This document shows, one piece after another, positions 1 to 10,650 of a DNA stretch of 24,668 nt. The DNA lies in the NCBI GenBank assembly GCA_016840165.1, contig JAEOSU010000007.1, forward strand, positions 1-24,668. The letters are read 5' to 3'. Below the pieces are notes generated by a model that was not told the origin of the DNA, did not search any database, and saw only the letters and a list, made by a program, of their open reading frames with translations. Both the position numbers and the translations under genes were made by a program. The number at the start of each line of letters is the position of its first letter. Positions within the stretch are counted from its first letter, which is position 1. This DNA comes from Promethearchaeota archaeon. GTDB taxonomy: Archaea > Asgardarchaeota > Lokiarchaeia > Sigyniarchaeales > SOKP01.

Positions 1-318
1 AAAGCACAAGCAATAATTAATAATGTTTTCGATCAAATTTCTTCCCCATGGAGGGGGATAGGAAGAATTATGGATGGAGGTTTGGCAATTAAAAATAAAT
101 TTAAAGAATATGATGCGGACCAAAAATTTGAAATAGAATTACCTAAATCTCAAGATATCCCCCCTGGATGTTCTTGCCATCTTGTAATGGTTGGGAAATT
201 GTATCCCTATGAATGCAAACTATTTCGAGAGAAGTGTACTCCTTTAAATCCCATTGGACCTTGCATGGTTTCCATGGAAGGCACATGCCAAATCTACTAT
301 AAGTATCACAAAAATTAA
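1..318 (+). CDS. hypD: Hydrogenase maturation protein HypD, C-terminal part (5'-truncated by window)
   Basis: Frame 1 is open from base 1 (KAQAIINNVFDQISSPWRGIGRIMDGGL...). It contains the HypD WRGIG motif and the Cys-rich Fe-S region GCSC...ECKLF...CTPLNPIGPCMVSMEGTC. It lies next to hypF. The ATG at 70 is internal. Confidence 0.95.
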   Translation, partial: KAQAIINNVFDQISSPWRGIGRIMDGGLAIKNKFKEYDADQKFEIELPKSQDIPPGCSCHLVMVGKLYPYECKLFREKCTPLNPIGPCMVSMEGTCQIYYKYHKN

Positions 319-437
319 ATAGTTCATACTATAATTCATATCTCATAGCTTATTTTTCTTAAATAATAGATTTTTTATGGAGCAATAATTCTTTTAATTA
401 ATTTGAAAAATAACCTCACTTTTTATAGGAACTAATA

Positions 438-2831
438 TTGAGTTTACGGAGAACTGTAGAAATAAATATAGTTGGAATAGTCCAAGGATGTGGATTTCGG
501 CCTTTCCTATTTAACTTAGCTCGTTCATTAGAGCTAAAAGGATTCATACTTAATCGAGGAAATGCAGGAGTTAGATTACAATTACAAGGAGATGCAAACT
601 TAATAGATCAATGTATCGAAGAGATAAAAATAAAAAAGCCGGACATATCTTACATAGAATCTATATCCTTAAAGGATGTTAAAGGTGCCCCAACTTATGA
701 GCATCTCGAAATTAGACCGAGTGAACAAGGAAGGGGGATAAGTTTAACTCTTCCGCCCGACATTGCAATTTGTAATGATTGTATTGAAGATATGAAAAAT
801 GAGGCACTAAATAAATATTACAATTACCCTTTTATCGCATGTGCGGTTTGTGGTCCTCGCTTTACCACTGTGAAAGAATTACCATATGATAGAGAGCGAA
901 CTACAATGATAAAATTTCCTTTCTGTAAAGAAGCAGATCCAAGGTCTTGCATAGAAGAATATAATGATTTTGACAATCGACGTTTTCATGCTCAAACTTT
1001 TGCCTGTTCTGTGTGTGGACCAACCTACACTCTTTATAATAAGGCTAAAAAACCGATAGCTGAGAATAAAATAGATCAAATTTTGGATGAAACTACAAAA
1101 CAGATATTAGACGGAAAGATAGTAGCAATTAAGGGAATCGGGGGAGTGCATCTGGTTTGTTTGGCACAAAATGATGATACTATAATTTCACTACGCGAAC
1201 GTAAAGGAAAACGTAAAAATAAGCCTTTTGCATTAATGGTGCCAAATATTCGAACAATAGAAGAGGAATTTCATATTTCCAATAAAGAAAGAGAACTTTT
1301 AGGCTCCTTTAGGAGACCTATTGTATTATTGGAAAGAAAATTGAATTATATCGATTCAAAAATCAGTCAATATATTGCTCCGGGATTAAGCAACGTAGGA
1401 ATCATGCTTCCCTATTCGGGAATTCATTATCTCTTATTTGATAGGGTAGGAAATATCCCTTTAGTTTATACTAGTGGAAATAAATCAAGTATTCCTATGA
1501 GTCTAGACAATGAAAAGATATTCACCCAATTAGAGGATCTTGCTGATATGTTTTTACTTCATAATCGTCCAATTTTCCAAAGAGCTGATGATAGCGTACT
1601 TCGAATCCATGAAACGAAAGTTAAATTAATTAGGCGCTCTCGAGGTTATGTTCCCGAGTATATTTCTTTACCCTTTGAAGTTTCACTTCCAGCAGCATTA
1701 GCTGTTGGTCCTGAATTAGCGGTAACTGGTGCTGTGTTGCGAAAAAATCGTATTTTTCCTACTCAACATATTGGAAATGTGACTCATTTAGAAACCTATA
1801 ATTTTCTAAATGATGCCATATTTCACATGAAAAATCTCCTACAAATAAAAGATGAGGAGATCCGATTTATTACATGTGATGCTCATCCAGCATTTATAAC
1901 CACAAGATATGCTAAAGAATTAGCACAAAAATTTAATGTTCCTCTCTTTCCCATTCAACATCATTATGCCCATGCTTTAGGTTTGATGGCTGAAAACAAA
2001 ATCCAACCAGAAGAAGAGATTATTGCAATAACTACCGATGGAGTAGGTTATGCTGAAGGTAAAAGAATAAACACCATCTGGGGAGGCGAAATATTACGTT
2101 GTTCATATTCGAGTTATGAAAAATTAGACTCATTAGAAGCTCAGCCTATGATAGGGGGTGATCGATGTACGAAATATCCAGCTCGTATGCTCGCTTCGAT
2201 CTTACTTAAAAAATTAGGTGTAGAAGAAGCAAGAACCTTTTTCCAACAGCTAAATATTCACAGGGACTTGGAATATAAAAAAGAAGAATTAAATGCAATT
2301 ATCGCCTTGTGGGAAGACGCCAATGGAATATTTCCGCATAAAAATATTCCTTTTACCAGCTCTACTGGAAGGCTTTTTGACGCCGTATCATACCTACTTG
2401 GAGCGTGCTCAATAAAAACATATCGCGGTGAACCAGCAATGAAGCTCGAAGCCTTAGCTTCACGAGGACATCCTGAAAATGTGCCATTAGATCTGGAAGA
2501 GCATTATCTTAGAGATAGCTCAACTATGATTTTAGATATCATCGATTTACTCAATGATAAGAGAATAAAAAGGGAAGATATTGCTAGTAAGTTTCAAATA
2601 GAAATCGCAAAAATGTTTGCAAAGGTAGCGATCTCGGAAGCGAAATTTAAAAGCATACCATATATCGGTCTAACTGGGGGAGTAGCCTTTAATTATTCTT
2701 TTTCTACCACAATTAAAAACGAAGTAGAAAAAGCAGGATTCGTCTTTCTCGAAAATAACTTAATACCTCCTGGTGATGCTGGGATCAGTATAGGGCAATT
2801 GATTGGTGGTATTTTTCAGTTTGGAAAATAA
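438..2831 (+). CDS. hypF: Carbamoyltransferase HypF ([NiFe]-hydrogenase maturation)
   Basis: Acylphosphatase-like N-terminus GIVQGCGFRPF; Zn-finger Cys motifs (CNDC, CAVCGPRF, CSVCGP); YrdC-like AIKGIGG and TSGN; Kae1-like QHHYAH, DGVGY, TGGV..N, PPGDAGISIGQ. TTG start. Confidence 0.97.
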   Translation: MSLRRTVEINIVGIVQGCGFRPFLFNLARSLELKGFILNRGNAGVRLQLQGDANLIDQCIEEIKIKKPDISYIESISLKDVKGAPTYEHLEIRPSEQGRGISLTLPPDIAICNDCIEDMKNEALNKYYNYPFIACAVCGPRFTTVKELPYDRERTTMIKFPFCKEADPRSCIEEYNDFDNRRFHAQTFACSVCGPTYTLYNKAKKPIAENKIDQILDETTKQILDGKIVAIKGIGGVHLVCLAQNDDTIISLRERKGKRKNKPFALMVPNIRTIEEEFHISNKERELLGSFRRPIVLLERKLNYIDSKISQYIAPGLSNVGIMLPYSGIHYLLFDRVGNIPLVYTSGNKSSIPMSLDNEKIFTQLEDLADMFLLHNRPIFQRADDSVLRIHETKVKLIRRSRGYVPEYISLPFEVSLPAALAVGPELAVTGAVLRKNRIFPTQHIGNVTHLETYNFLNDAIFHMKNLLQIKDEEIRFITCDAHPAFITTRYAKELAQKFNVPLFPIQHHYAHALGLMAENKIQPEEEIIAITTDGVGYAEGKRINTIWGGEILRCSYSSYEKLDSLEAQPMIGGDRCTKYPARMLASILLKKLGVEEARTFFQQLNIHRDLEYKKEELNAIIALWEDANGIFPHKNIPFTSSTGRLFDAVSYLLGACSIKTYRGEPAMKLEALASRGHPENVPLDLEEHYLRDSSTMILDIIDLLNDKRIKREDIASKFQIEIAKMFAKVAISEAKFKSIPYIGLTGGVAFNYSFSTTIKNEVEKAGFVFLENNLIPPGDAGISIGQLIGGIFQFGK

Positions 2832-2844
2832 ATTTAAAAGCCAA

Positions 2845-4140
2845 TTAGCTTAATACTAAAGTATAAAGCATTGTATATCCCAATACGATAATAAAATGTA
2901 AAGATGCAAAAAAAGCGCCATTCTTTAAAAGACGTTTGTAGTTCAAATTGACTACTTTATATTTTTTGGCTAGTGTTAATGTGAGCATATCACACGCTGA
3001 GCCTTGAGGTAGAAAATTGCCTGCTAAGTTTACCCCACTAATAAAAGCGATAATAATGGGATTAGGAAAGATACTTTCACTAACTATAACCGAGAAAATA
3101 GGAAGGAGGATAATGGTTACTGGCGTTCCAGCAAGAAAGGCTGACATAAGTGAAGATATCCCCAAGGTAATTAAAACGGCAAAGAAAATGTTATCACTAA
3201 TAATATTTTGTAAAATTGTGGAAATGAATTCAGAAAAGCCAAATTCTGTCAAAGAATTTGATAGGATGAACAATATTGCAAAGATTATGATGATTTTCCA
3301 TGAGATATCACTTTTGATATCAGAAAAATTAAGTGTCTTCCTGTGAATTATCAGCAATAAAGCTGCAGCTATTATCGCTACAAGAGAAGGAGCAAATCCA
3401 AAAAACATAAACACAAATGAGCTCAGAATGATTATACTAGTAGTTATAAAATGCTTTTTATTCTCGATTACAATTCCAGGATCTAAAAAGGATAGTAAAA
3501 TTTTTTTATTCTCCTCAGTTGGGGTTTCTTCTTTTTTGAGAATTAATCTATCTAAAAGAACTATAGTTAGAATTAATGTAATTAGGAATAAAATTCCCAT
3601 ATTCGTAAGATATTCACCAAAACCCCAACCAAATTCTTCACCTATGATTAGATTCTTGAGACTCGAGATTGGGGTAAGTATTGCACCAATATTAATTGAG
3701 ATAGTCATTCCCATCATATAAGTTCCAGCGGGAATTTTAAGTATTTGACAGGTTCTGAAGATAAGGGGCATTAAGATAAGGGAAAGGGTCATATCCTCAA
3801 TAAAGGCGACCAAGATGGCAGTGAATATACATATCATATAAAAAAACAAACGGTTATTCCCTTTAGTAACATGGATTAACTTGACAGCAACGTATTCTAA
3901 GATACGATCTGATGTAGCATAATAGATGATTATTTGCATCGCGAATATAAAAATTAAGGTACTAAAATTGATGAAACCTAATATTTTTTGCTCTTCAAGA
4001 CCATAGACACTGAGCATAGTAATAACTGCCACAGCACCTATAATTAGGGCTATTGGAAAATAATCAATTCGATCTTGGGAAAAAAAAGCCATTAAAATTG
4101 CGAATAATATTAATATAAAAATAATTGCCGGTGCGTTCAT
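2845..4140 (-). CDS. ArsB/NhaD/SLC13-like (IT superfamily) anion permease
   Basis: About 11-12 hydrophobic segments; repeated family motifs INIGAILTPISSLKNLII and VNLAGNFLPQGSACDM. Substrate cannot be determined from sequence. Confidence 0.8.
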   Translation of the reverse strand: MNAPAIIFILILFAILMAFFSQDRIDYFPIALIIGAVAVITMLSVYGLEEQKILGFINFSTLIFIFAMQIIIYYATSDRILEYVAVKLIHVTKGNNRLFFYMICIFTAILVAFIEDMTLSLILMPLIFRTCQILKIPAGTYMMGMTISINIGAILTPISSLKNLIIGEEFGWGFGEYLTNMGILFLITLILTIVLLDRLILKKEETPTEENKKILLSFLDPGIVIENKKHFITTSIIILSSFVFMFFGFAPSLVAIIAAALLLIIHRKTLNFSDIKSDISWKIIIIFAILFILSNSLTEFGFSEFISTILQNIISDNIFFAVLITLGISSLMSAFLAGTPVTIILLPIFSVIVSESIFPNPIIIAFISGVNLAGNFLPQGSACDMLTLTLAKKYKVVNLNYKRLLKNGAFFASLHFIIVLGYTMLYTLVLS

Positions 4141-4306
4141 TCAAAATAACTAAATAGTTTTTATTATAAAAAATATCTTATTCAATACTTAAGAGAAATA
4201 TAATTTGATACAATTAATTGCTTTTATAGATTTTAAAGCTAGTTCTTATCAGATTAATAAATTTATTTAAAAATTTTGTTCGGATTACATAAATAGTGGA
4301 TAGATT

Positions 4307-5704
4307 ATGGGAGGTCTTTTTGGTGTTTTTTCGAATGGCAATTGTTTAGAAGAACTCTATTATGGGACCGATTATCATTCTCATTTAGGAACAGTAAGAG
4401 GAGGTTTGGCAGTAAAAAACGCGGGTGGTTTTCAAAGATTCATCAAGAATATCACCTCAACCCAATTTCGCAGTAAATTTAAAAACGATATCCAAAAAAT
4501 GCACGGTAATAAGGGAATAGGAGTTATCAGCGATTATGATGACCAACCACTCATTATAAATTCACATTTAGGAGTATTTGCCATATCTTCCGTTGGAAAA
4601 ATTAATAATATAGAACAGCTTGCAAGAGAGGTACTTAAGAATGGTGCTCATTTCTCTGAAATGCATGGTGGCGTAATCAATCCAACAGAGATGGTTGCAA
4701 CTATAATAAGTCAAGAAGAGACATTTGAGAAAGGAATAAAAGCTGTTCAAGACTTAATAGATGGTTCATGCACGATGCTAATTCTTACCGAAAAGGGTAT
4801 CTATGCCGCAAGAGACAAATTTGGAAGAACACCCTTGGTATTAGGTAAAAAAGATTCATCCTATGCGGTTACTATGGAAACGTGTGCTTTTCCAAATCTT
4901 GGATATGAAATTACACAATATTTAGGTCCAGGAGAGACAGTCTTAATTGATGAACATGGTCCAAAACAAGTAATTCCCCCCAGCGACCGATTACAAATTT
5001 GCGCCTTTTTATGGGTATATTATGGCTATCCCGCTTCTAATTACGAGGGTATAAATGTTGAGGCTGTTCGATATAGATGTGGTTCCTTTTTGGCTAAGGA
5101 TGATGATATAGATATAGATTTAGTAGCGGGCATCCCAGATTCAGGAACAGGACATGCATTAGGATATGCAAATGAATCTAAATTGCCTTTTCTACGTCCA
5201 TTTGTTAAGTACACGCCAACCTGGCCTCGGAGCTTTATGCCTCAAGATCAGGCAATTCGGGATTTAGTTGCAAAAATGAAACTCATTCCTATCAAAGAAC
5301 ATATAGAAGGTAAACGTCTCTTATTTTGTGAGGATTCCATTGTAAGGGGGACTCAATTAAAGAAAACAATACAGCGTTTATTTCACTATGGAGCTAAGGA
5401 GGTCCATATGCGTCCTGCTTGCCCGCCTTTAGTTTATAGTTGTAAATTTTTAAACTTTTCTCAATCGCGATCTGAGTTAGATTTAGCCGGTAGAAGAGCG
5501 ATAAAAGAACTTATAGGACAAAATATTGAGGATCCTTCAGAGTTTATCCATCCAAATTCTGAGAAATATGAAGCAATGGTTAATATTATTCGTCAAAAAT
5601 TGAATTTAACCAGCTTAAAATATCAAAAACTTGAAAACTTGGTTAAAGCTATTGGTTTACCAAAAGAAAAATTATGTACATATTGTTGGGATGGGATCGA
5701 ATGA
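4307..5704 (+). CDS. purF: Amidophosphoribosyltransferase-like protein lacking the N-terminal catalytic Cys (MGGLFG type)
   Basis: RDKFGRTPL, GIPDSG, PRPP loop EDSIVRGTQ, ACPP and C-terminal CTYC. The N-terminus is MGGLFG rather than (M)CGIFG, and YHSHLG replaces LQHRG. Confidence 0.88.
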   Translation: MGGLFGVFSNGNCLEELYYGTDYHSHLGTVRGGLAVKNAGGFQRFIKNITSTQFRSKFKNDIQKMHGNKGIGVISDYDDQPLIINSHLGVFAISSVGKINNIEQLAREVLKNGAHFSEMHGGVINPTEMVATIISQEETFEKGIKAVQDLIDGSCTMLILTEKGIYAARDKFGRTPLVLGKKDSSYAVTMETCAFPNLGYEITQYLGPGETVLIDEHGPKQVIPPSDRLQICAFLWVYYGYPASNYEGINVEAVRYRCGSFLAKDDDIDIDLVAGIPDSGTGHALGYANESKLPFLRPFVKYTPTWPRSFMPQDQAIRDLVAKMKLIPIKEHIEGKRLLFCEDSIVRGTQLKKTIQRLFHYGAKEVHMRPACPPLVYSCKFLNFSQSRSELDLAGRRAIKELIGQNIEDPSEFIHPNSEKYEAMVNIIRQKLNLTSLKYQKLENLVKAIGLPKEKLCTYCWDGIE

Positions 5705-5709
5705 GAATT

Positions 5710-7236
5710 TCATGTTCTACTTTTTGCGATGGACTCCTCAATTTCTCTTAATTTTTCAACTGATTTTAAAGGATATTTACCCGTTAAGCATGCCCTACAA
5801 AGTTTATTTTCATTTTTCATGATCGCTCGAGACAAATCTTCTTTTGTTTGATATAAGAGGGAATCTGCACCTATATGCTTCTGTATTTCCTCTATATAAG
5901 ATTCACCATATTCTTCATAAAATTTTGCGGCAATTAGCTCGTCTTTCGTGGGAAAATCGATTCCCATATAACAAGGACTAATGATAGGAGGACAACTGAT
6001 CCGTAAATGCACCCGTTTTGCACCACCCCGGTTCTTTAATAATTGCACTATTTGTCTCATTGTGGTACCCCGTACTATAGAATCATCTAATAGGATGACA
6101 TCTTTTCCCTCAATAACACTCTTTATTGGATTTAGTTTTTCTTTTACAGCTGCTTTGCGCCTACTTTGTCCAGGGATTATAAAAGTTCGCCATATATAAC
6201 GATTTTTCATAAGACCTTCTACATATGGTAACTTTGCTTCTTTTGCATAGCCTACAGCAACACTTCTTCCTGAATCAGGCACAGGTACTACGATTGCATT
6301 CTCTCTAATATTAGGATCTTTCAAAATTGGATCTTTTTTTGCTAAATACATCCCTAAGCGTAATCGTGCCTCTGCGACAGATACACCATCAATAATAGAA
6401 TCAGGACGAGCAAAATAAACATATTCAAATTGACATATTGCCGTTTTATCAGTTTCTAATACCATTTCAGAATGAATATCTTTTTGATGGCTAATATGGA
6501 TAATCTCCCCTGGTTTTACATCTCTTAAGAAGATACCGTCTACAGCATCGATGCCACATGATTCTGAAGAAACAAAATATAAATTTCTTTTTTCTGTTTT
6601 TAATTCTCCAATACATAAAGGTTTAAAGCCTAATGGATCTCGTATGGCATAAATATCTCCTTCCGAAGTTAAAATAATGAGTGAATAAGAACCATCTAAG
6701 AATTTACTGGTTAATCTCAATATCTCAGGCCAATCTTCGGTACCAATTGAAAGAGAAGCAATTAATTGAGCAATCACTTCAGTATCTGTATTTGTAACAA
6801 AAACTCTTCCATTATCTTCAAGTTTTTTCATAAGTTCAGTATAATTGGGTATAGTACCGTTAAATGCTAGAGAAAACTCAATTTCATTATTTTTGAAATG
6901 GAAAGGTTGTAGATATTGGGGAGAATTATATTCTTGTGCCCCTGTAGTAGCATATCGATTATGACCAATTCCTACATTACCCCAAAGCCTTGATAATACT
7001 CTATTATTTAAGACTTTCGATACTAAGCCTTTTCTTTTATAAGTGTAAATATTTCCTCCTGTTTCTATGAGTGAAATTCCCGTAGCTTCTTGTCCCCTAT
7101 GTTGAAGGGCTATTAAACCACTATATAATATTTTTGAAATAGAAAATCCAATATCATCACAAGCAACACCAAAAATAGCGCAATGTTCCTTTGGTTTATC
7201 TCTCTGGGATTCACTACAAATTTTTAGCGGCATCAT
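5710..7236 (-). CDS. purF: Amidophosphoribosyltransferase, canonical propeptide- and Fe-S-type
   Basis: Propeptide ending PKEH|CAIFG; LQHRGQE, GHNRYAT, NGTI, SDTE-like TDTEVI, CQFEYVYFARPDS, PVPDSG, DDSIVRGTT, PCYMGIDF, CRAC. Confidence 0.96.
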   Translation of the reverse strand: MMPLKICSESQRDKPKEHCAIFGVACDDIGFSISKILYSGLIALQHRGQEATGISLIETGGNIYTYKRKGLVSKVLNNRVLSRLWGNVGIGHNRYATTGAQEYNSPQYLQPFHFKNNEIEFSLAFNGTIPNYTELMKKLEDNGRVFVTNTDTEVIAQLIASLSIGTEDWPEILRLTSKFLDGSYSLIILTSEGDIYAIRDPLGFKPLCIGELKTEKRNLYFVSSESCGIDAVDGIFLRDVKPGEIIHISHQKDIHSEMVLETDKTAICQFEYVYFARPDSIIDGVSVAEARLRLGMYLAKKDPILKDPNIRENAIVVPVPDSGRSVAVGYAKEAKLPYVEGLMKNRYIWRTFIIPGQSRRKAAVKEKLNPIKSVIEGKDVILLDDSIVRGTTMRQIVQLLKNRGGAKRVHLRISCPPIISPCYMGIDFPTKDELIAAKFYEEYGESYIEEIQKHIGADSLLYQTKEDLSRAIMKNENKLCRACLTGKYPLKSVEKLREIEESIAKSRT

Positions 7237-7364
7237 ATCCTCAGTTTTAGAGAGATACTTTCATTATCTACTATAACTTCAAGTAATTTAAATGATTTAT
7301 ATTTTTTAATAATTAGTGTAATTAAATATTAATAATTTGAAAGAAAAGTCGTTTAAAAATCGGT

Positions 7365-8018
7365 ATGAGTAATAAATATCTTGCATTTGCAATTTTAATT
7401 GGTGGAAAAAGCACTCGATTTGGTGCTGATAAAGGTCTATATCAGCTTAAGGAAAAGCGTCTAATTGATTACCAACTCGAGGTATTAATACAATTTGAAA
7501 AGGATATTTTTCTCGTGGCGAATAATAAATCCCAAGTTCAATCATATATTGATAAGATTGACTTTCGATCTATCACAGGATTCATCGTTGATGATTATGA
7601 TTATAATTTAGAACGCAATATTCGATCTCCTATGTTGGGACTTTATTCTGCTTTTAAGGAATTAAAGAAATTAAATTATGAAAAACTATTTGCCCTCTCG
7701 TGTGATAATCCACTTATAAAAAAGGAGGTAATCGAATTCTTGATTCAAGAAGGAAATTTTTATGATTGTGTTATTCCCCAATGGAAAAATCAATTTACTG
7801 AGCCTTTATTTGCGATTTATCCCATAGAAAAAGCTTTTCAAACTACTTCAGATTGTATTAAAAAACGAAAATTTAAACTCACTTGCATCGTTAGTGAAGA
7901 TTGGAATACCAGTTATATCCCAATCGAAAACTCAATAAAAAATCTAGACCCACTTCTGTTATCCTTTCGAAATATGAACACGAATGATGATATAACAGAA
8001 GTAGAAAAATTATATTAA
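7365..8018 (+). CDS. mobA: Molybdenum cofactor guanylyltransferase
   Basis: ILIGGKSTRFGADKG (LAGG-S-R-G-DK motif), SCDNP, EPLFAIY, FRNMNT. Confidence 0.88.
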   Translation: MSNKYLAFAILIGGKSTRFGADKGLYQLKEKRLIDYQLEVLIQFEKDIFLVANNKSQVQSYIDKIDFRSITGFIVDDYDYNLERNIRSPMLGLYSAFKELKKLNYEKLFALSCDNPLIKKEVIEFLIQEGNFYDCVIPQWKNQFTEPLFAIYPIEKAFQTTSDCIKKRKFKLTCIVSEDWNTSYIPIENSIKNLDPLLLSFRNMNTNDDITEVEKLY

Positions 8019-8060
8019 ATGAAAAAAATAAAAAGATTTAATTTTTATCTCATAGGAGAA

Positions 8061-8558
8061 TTAATCTCGTGGAAGGAAAACGCTAATTAGCCCTAACACT
8101 CCACCTGCAACTAAAAAGTACGTTCCTAAAGCTACATCTCCAAGACTTATAATAAATGGAAATATGCCTCCATAATGTTCACCACTGAAAAAGATAGTAA
8201 AAACTGCTGTTGTTGGACCTAAAACTTCTGTGTAGAAGAAGAGTAATAGCATCGAACCGATAACTAGTGGAAATAATGAAAAGATAAAAGCTAAAGCTCT
8301 ACTTTTTATACCCAATAATTGAAGTACACCAGAAGCTAGAAAGACGACATACAATACAGAGAATAAATATATGAAGATAACATCCCAGCCTGTTAATAAA
8401 GCAATTGCATCTGCATTTCCAAAGAGATCAGGTAAATTCATAATGAATCCTATTCCAGACCCTGCAAATGCACCAGATACACCATAAATTGCAAAGACAT
8501 AGGTCCCCAGTAATGTTAAAAGCCCACCAAATATTATTAAAATTTTACCAGTTTCCAT
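8061..8558 (-). CDS. Hypothetical Gly-rich membrane protein (about 4 TM)
   Basis: 165-aa ORF filling the gap, with four long hydrophobic stretches; no family recognised. Confidence 0.75.
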   Translation of the reverse strand: METGKILIIFGGLLTLLGTYVFAIYGVSGAFAGSGIGFIMNLPDLFGNADAIALLTGWDVIFIYLFSVLYVVFLASGVLQLLGIKSRALAFIFSLFPLVIGSMLLLFFYTEVLGPTTAVFTIFFSGEHYGGIFPFIISLGDVALGTYFLVAGGVLGLISVFLPRD

Positions 8559-8897
8559 AATTTTAAACCTTTTTTTTAATTTTCGTTAAAAATTGTAATT
8601 AGATGAATAATTATCGTTATAATATCATTCCTTCTATATAATATTATATCTATTTTATAATAAGTTAAGAACTTATTTTAAACAATAGAATTATTCTCAA
8701 AGAATCTAATTTACTTATATAGAATATGTATTTTATAAAAGCAATCTTTTAAAATGTATAATTCTAATCCTATTTAAACCTAAAAATAATAATAAATCTT
8801 TATAAAAATCATAGATTTTTAAATGTATTAGATTAAATACTAATATTATATTATTTTAGAGCAGCAGAAATTATAACTATAATCAAGGATATTTACG

Positions 8898-10619
8898 ATG
8901 AGAGATATAATCATTAAAAATGGATTAGTTTACGACCCTATTAACGATTTAGACGGCGAGAAAAAAGAAATTCATATAAAAGATGGCAAGATCGTTGATA
9001 AAGTAAATGGGGATGCAAAGATTATCGATGCTTCAGGTATGATCGTTTTACCGGGAGGTGTAGATATTCATTCACATATATCAGGAGCGAAAGTAAATTC
9101 TGGTCGGGCATTTCGACCTGAAGATAAACTCCCAAATTATAATGATAAGAGAACAAAATTGACTCGTTCTGGCACTGGGTATTCGGTTCCCTCAACATGG
9201 TCGACTGGATATAGATATGCAAAATTAGGATATACCACTGTTATAGAACCAGCTATGCCATTATTGGAAGCACGTCATACTCACGAAGAATTTAACGAAA
9301 TGCCAATTATTGATAAAGCTGCGTTTCCTCTCTTAGGAAATAATTGGTTTGTTATGCGATTTATTAAAGATAAAGAATATGATAAGCTTGCGGCTTATGT
9401 TGCGTGGGTATTAAAAGTAACCAAAGGATATGCGGTAAAAATAGTAAATCCAGGAGGCGTTGAAAATTGGTGCTGGGGTAAGAATGTGGATTCTTTAGAC
9501 GATCACGTTCTACATTTTGATGTGACTCCAAGAGAAATTATAGAAGGATTGGCAAAAGCAAATGAAAAGATAGGTTTACCCCACACAATTCATGTCCATT
9601 GTAACAATCTGGGACATCCAGGAAATGTAAAACATACTCTGGCAACTATGGATACTGTAGAAAAAATAAATCCTCAGAATCATAGAGATTCCATAATGCA
9701 CATTACTCACTGTCAATTTAATGCATATGGAGGTACCAATTGGGGTAATTTTGAATCAGCCGCCCCTGAAGTAGTTGAATATTTAAATTCACATAAACAT
9801 ATAACAATAGATGTAGGGCAAGTTATTTTCGGAGAAGCTGCAACTACTACTATGACAGCAGATGGTCCATGGGAATTTGCTCTTCATCATCTCGGTGGAA
9901 TGAGCCCATGGGGTGCAAAACCAGGCGTTAAATGGATTAACGGGCAAGTTGAAGGTGAATCGGGTTCTGGAATCGTACCCTACTTCTTTAGTCCAAAAGT
10001 CGCAGTAAATGCGATCCAATGGGCAATTGGCTTAGAGTTATTATTATTGATGAAGAATAAATATCAAATATTTTTCACCACTGATCATCCGAATGGTGGT
10101 CCATTCACAGCATATCCTAAAGCATTTAGGTGGTTAATGGATAAAAAAACACGGGACGATATCCTCTTAAATCAATGTTCTAACAAAGCTGAAACGCAAA
10201 CACACCTTAAAGATATCGATTATGAGTATTCAATAAGTGACCTATGCATCGTTACTCGAGCGGGGACCGCAAAATGTTTAGGTTTGAAAGATAGAGGCCA
10301 TTTAGGAGTTGGAGCGATTGGAGATGTCTCGATTTTTAAATTAAATCCAGAAAATATGGATGGTCATGCAATTGAAAAGGCATTCACCCAAGCAGCGTAT
10401 ACTATTAAGGATGGCCAAATTGTAGTGAAAGATGGAGAAATTATGGCTTCACCAATGGGTACATTACTCCAAACAGAAGGTAAAGTAAAAGAAGGCGATA
10501 TGGAAGCCATGCTTTCTGAAGTTAAAGCTTATTGGAGAGATCATTATAGTATCAACTTTAACAACTACAGAGTTCAGGACGTTTATGCTCCTAAAGTTAA
10601 AATGGTTAATGGAACCTAA
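8898..10619 (+). CDS. fwdA: Formylmethanofuran dehydrogenase subunit A
   Basis: Amidohydrolase GGVDIHSH, KVNSGR..RPED, ARHTHEE, KIVNPGG, HVHCNNLGHPGN, HITHCQF, MTADGP, QWAIGLEL, TTDHPNGGPF. Confidence 0.97.
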   Translation: MRDIIIKNGLVYDPINDLDGEKKEIHIKDGKIVDKVNGDAKIIDASGMIVLPGGVDIHSHISGAKVNSGRAFRPEDKLPNYNDKRTKLTRSGTGYSVPSTWSTGYRYAKLGYTTVIEPAMPLLEARHTHEEFNEMPIIDKAAFPLLGNNWFVMRFIKDKEYDKLAAYVAWVLKVTKGYAVKIVNPGGVENWCWGKNVDSLDDHVLHFDVTPREIIEGLAKANEKIGLPHTIHVHCNNLGHPGNVKHTLATMDTVEKINPQNHRDSIMHITHCQFNAYGGTNWGNFESAAPEVVEYLNSHKHITIDVGQVIFGEAATTTMTADGPWEFALHHLGGMSPWGAKPGVKWINGQVEGESGSGIVPYFFSPKVAVNAIQWAIGLELLLLMKNKYQIFFTTDHPNGGPFTAYPKAFRWLMDKKTRDDILLNQCSNKAETQTHLKDIDYEYSISDLCIVTRAGTAKCLGLKDRGHLGVGAIGDVSIFKLNPENMDGHAIEKAFTQAAYTIKDGQIVVKDGEIMASPMGTLLQTEGKVKEGDMEAMLSEVKAYWRDHYSINFNNYRVQDVYAPKVKMVNGT

Positions 10620-10650
10620 TTTTTTATCTCTTCTTTTTATATTTTATCTT
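10620..10650 (+). terminator. Possible oligo-T archaeal terminator after fwdA
   Basis: T-rich tract (tttttttatctcttctttttat) directly after the stop codon. Confidence 0.4.

Noticed and set aside
5702-5712. TGA stops of both purF genes as possible Sec readthrough
   Set aside because: Both fall at the expected protein ends, readthrough would run into the opposing gene, and no SECIS-like element was recognised.
879-6199. Short ORFs 879-1079, 3017-3346, 3428-3721, 4568-4750, 5631-5822 and 5981-6199
   Set aside because: They overlap well-supported genes (antisense or out of frame) and show no motifs; treated as shadow ORFs.
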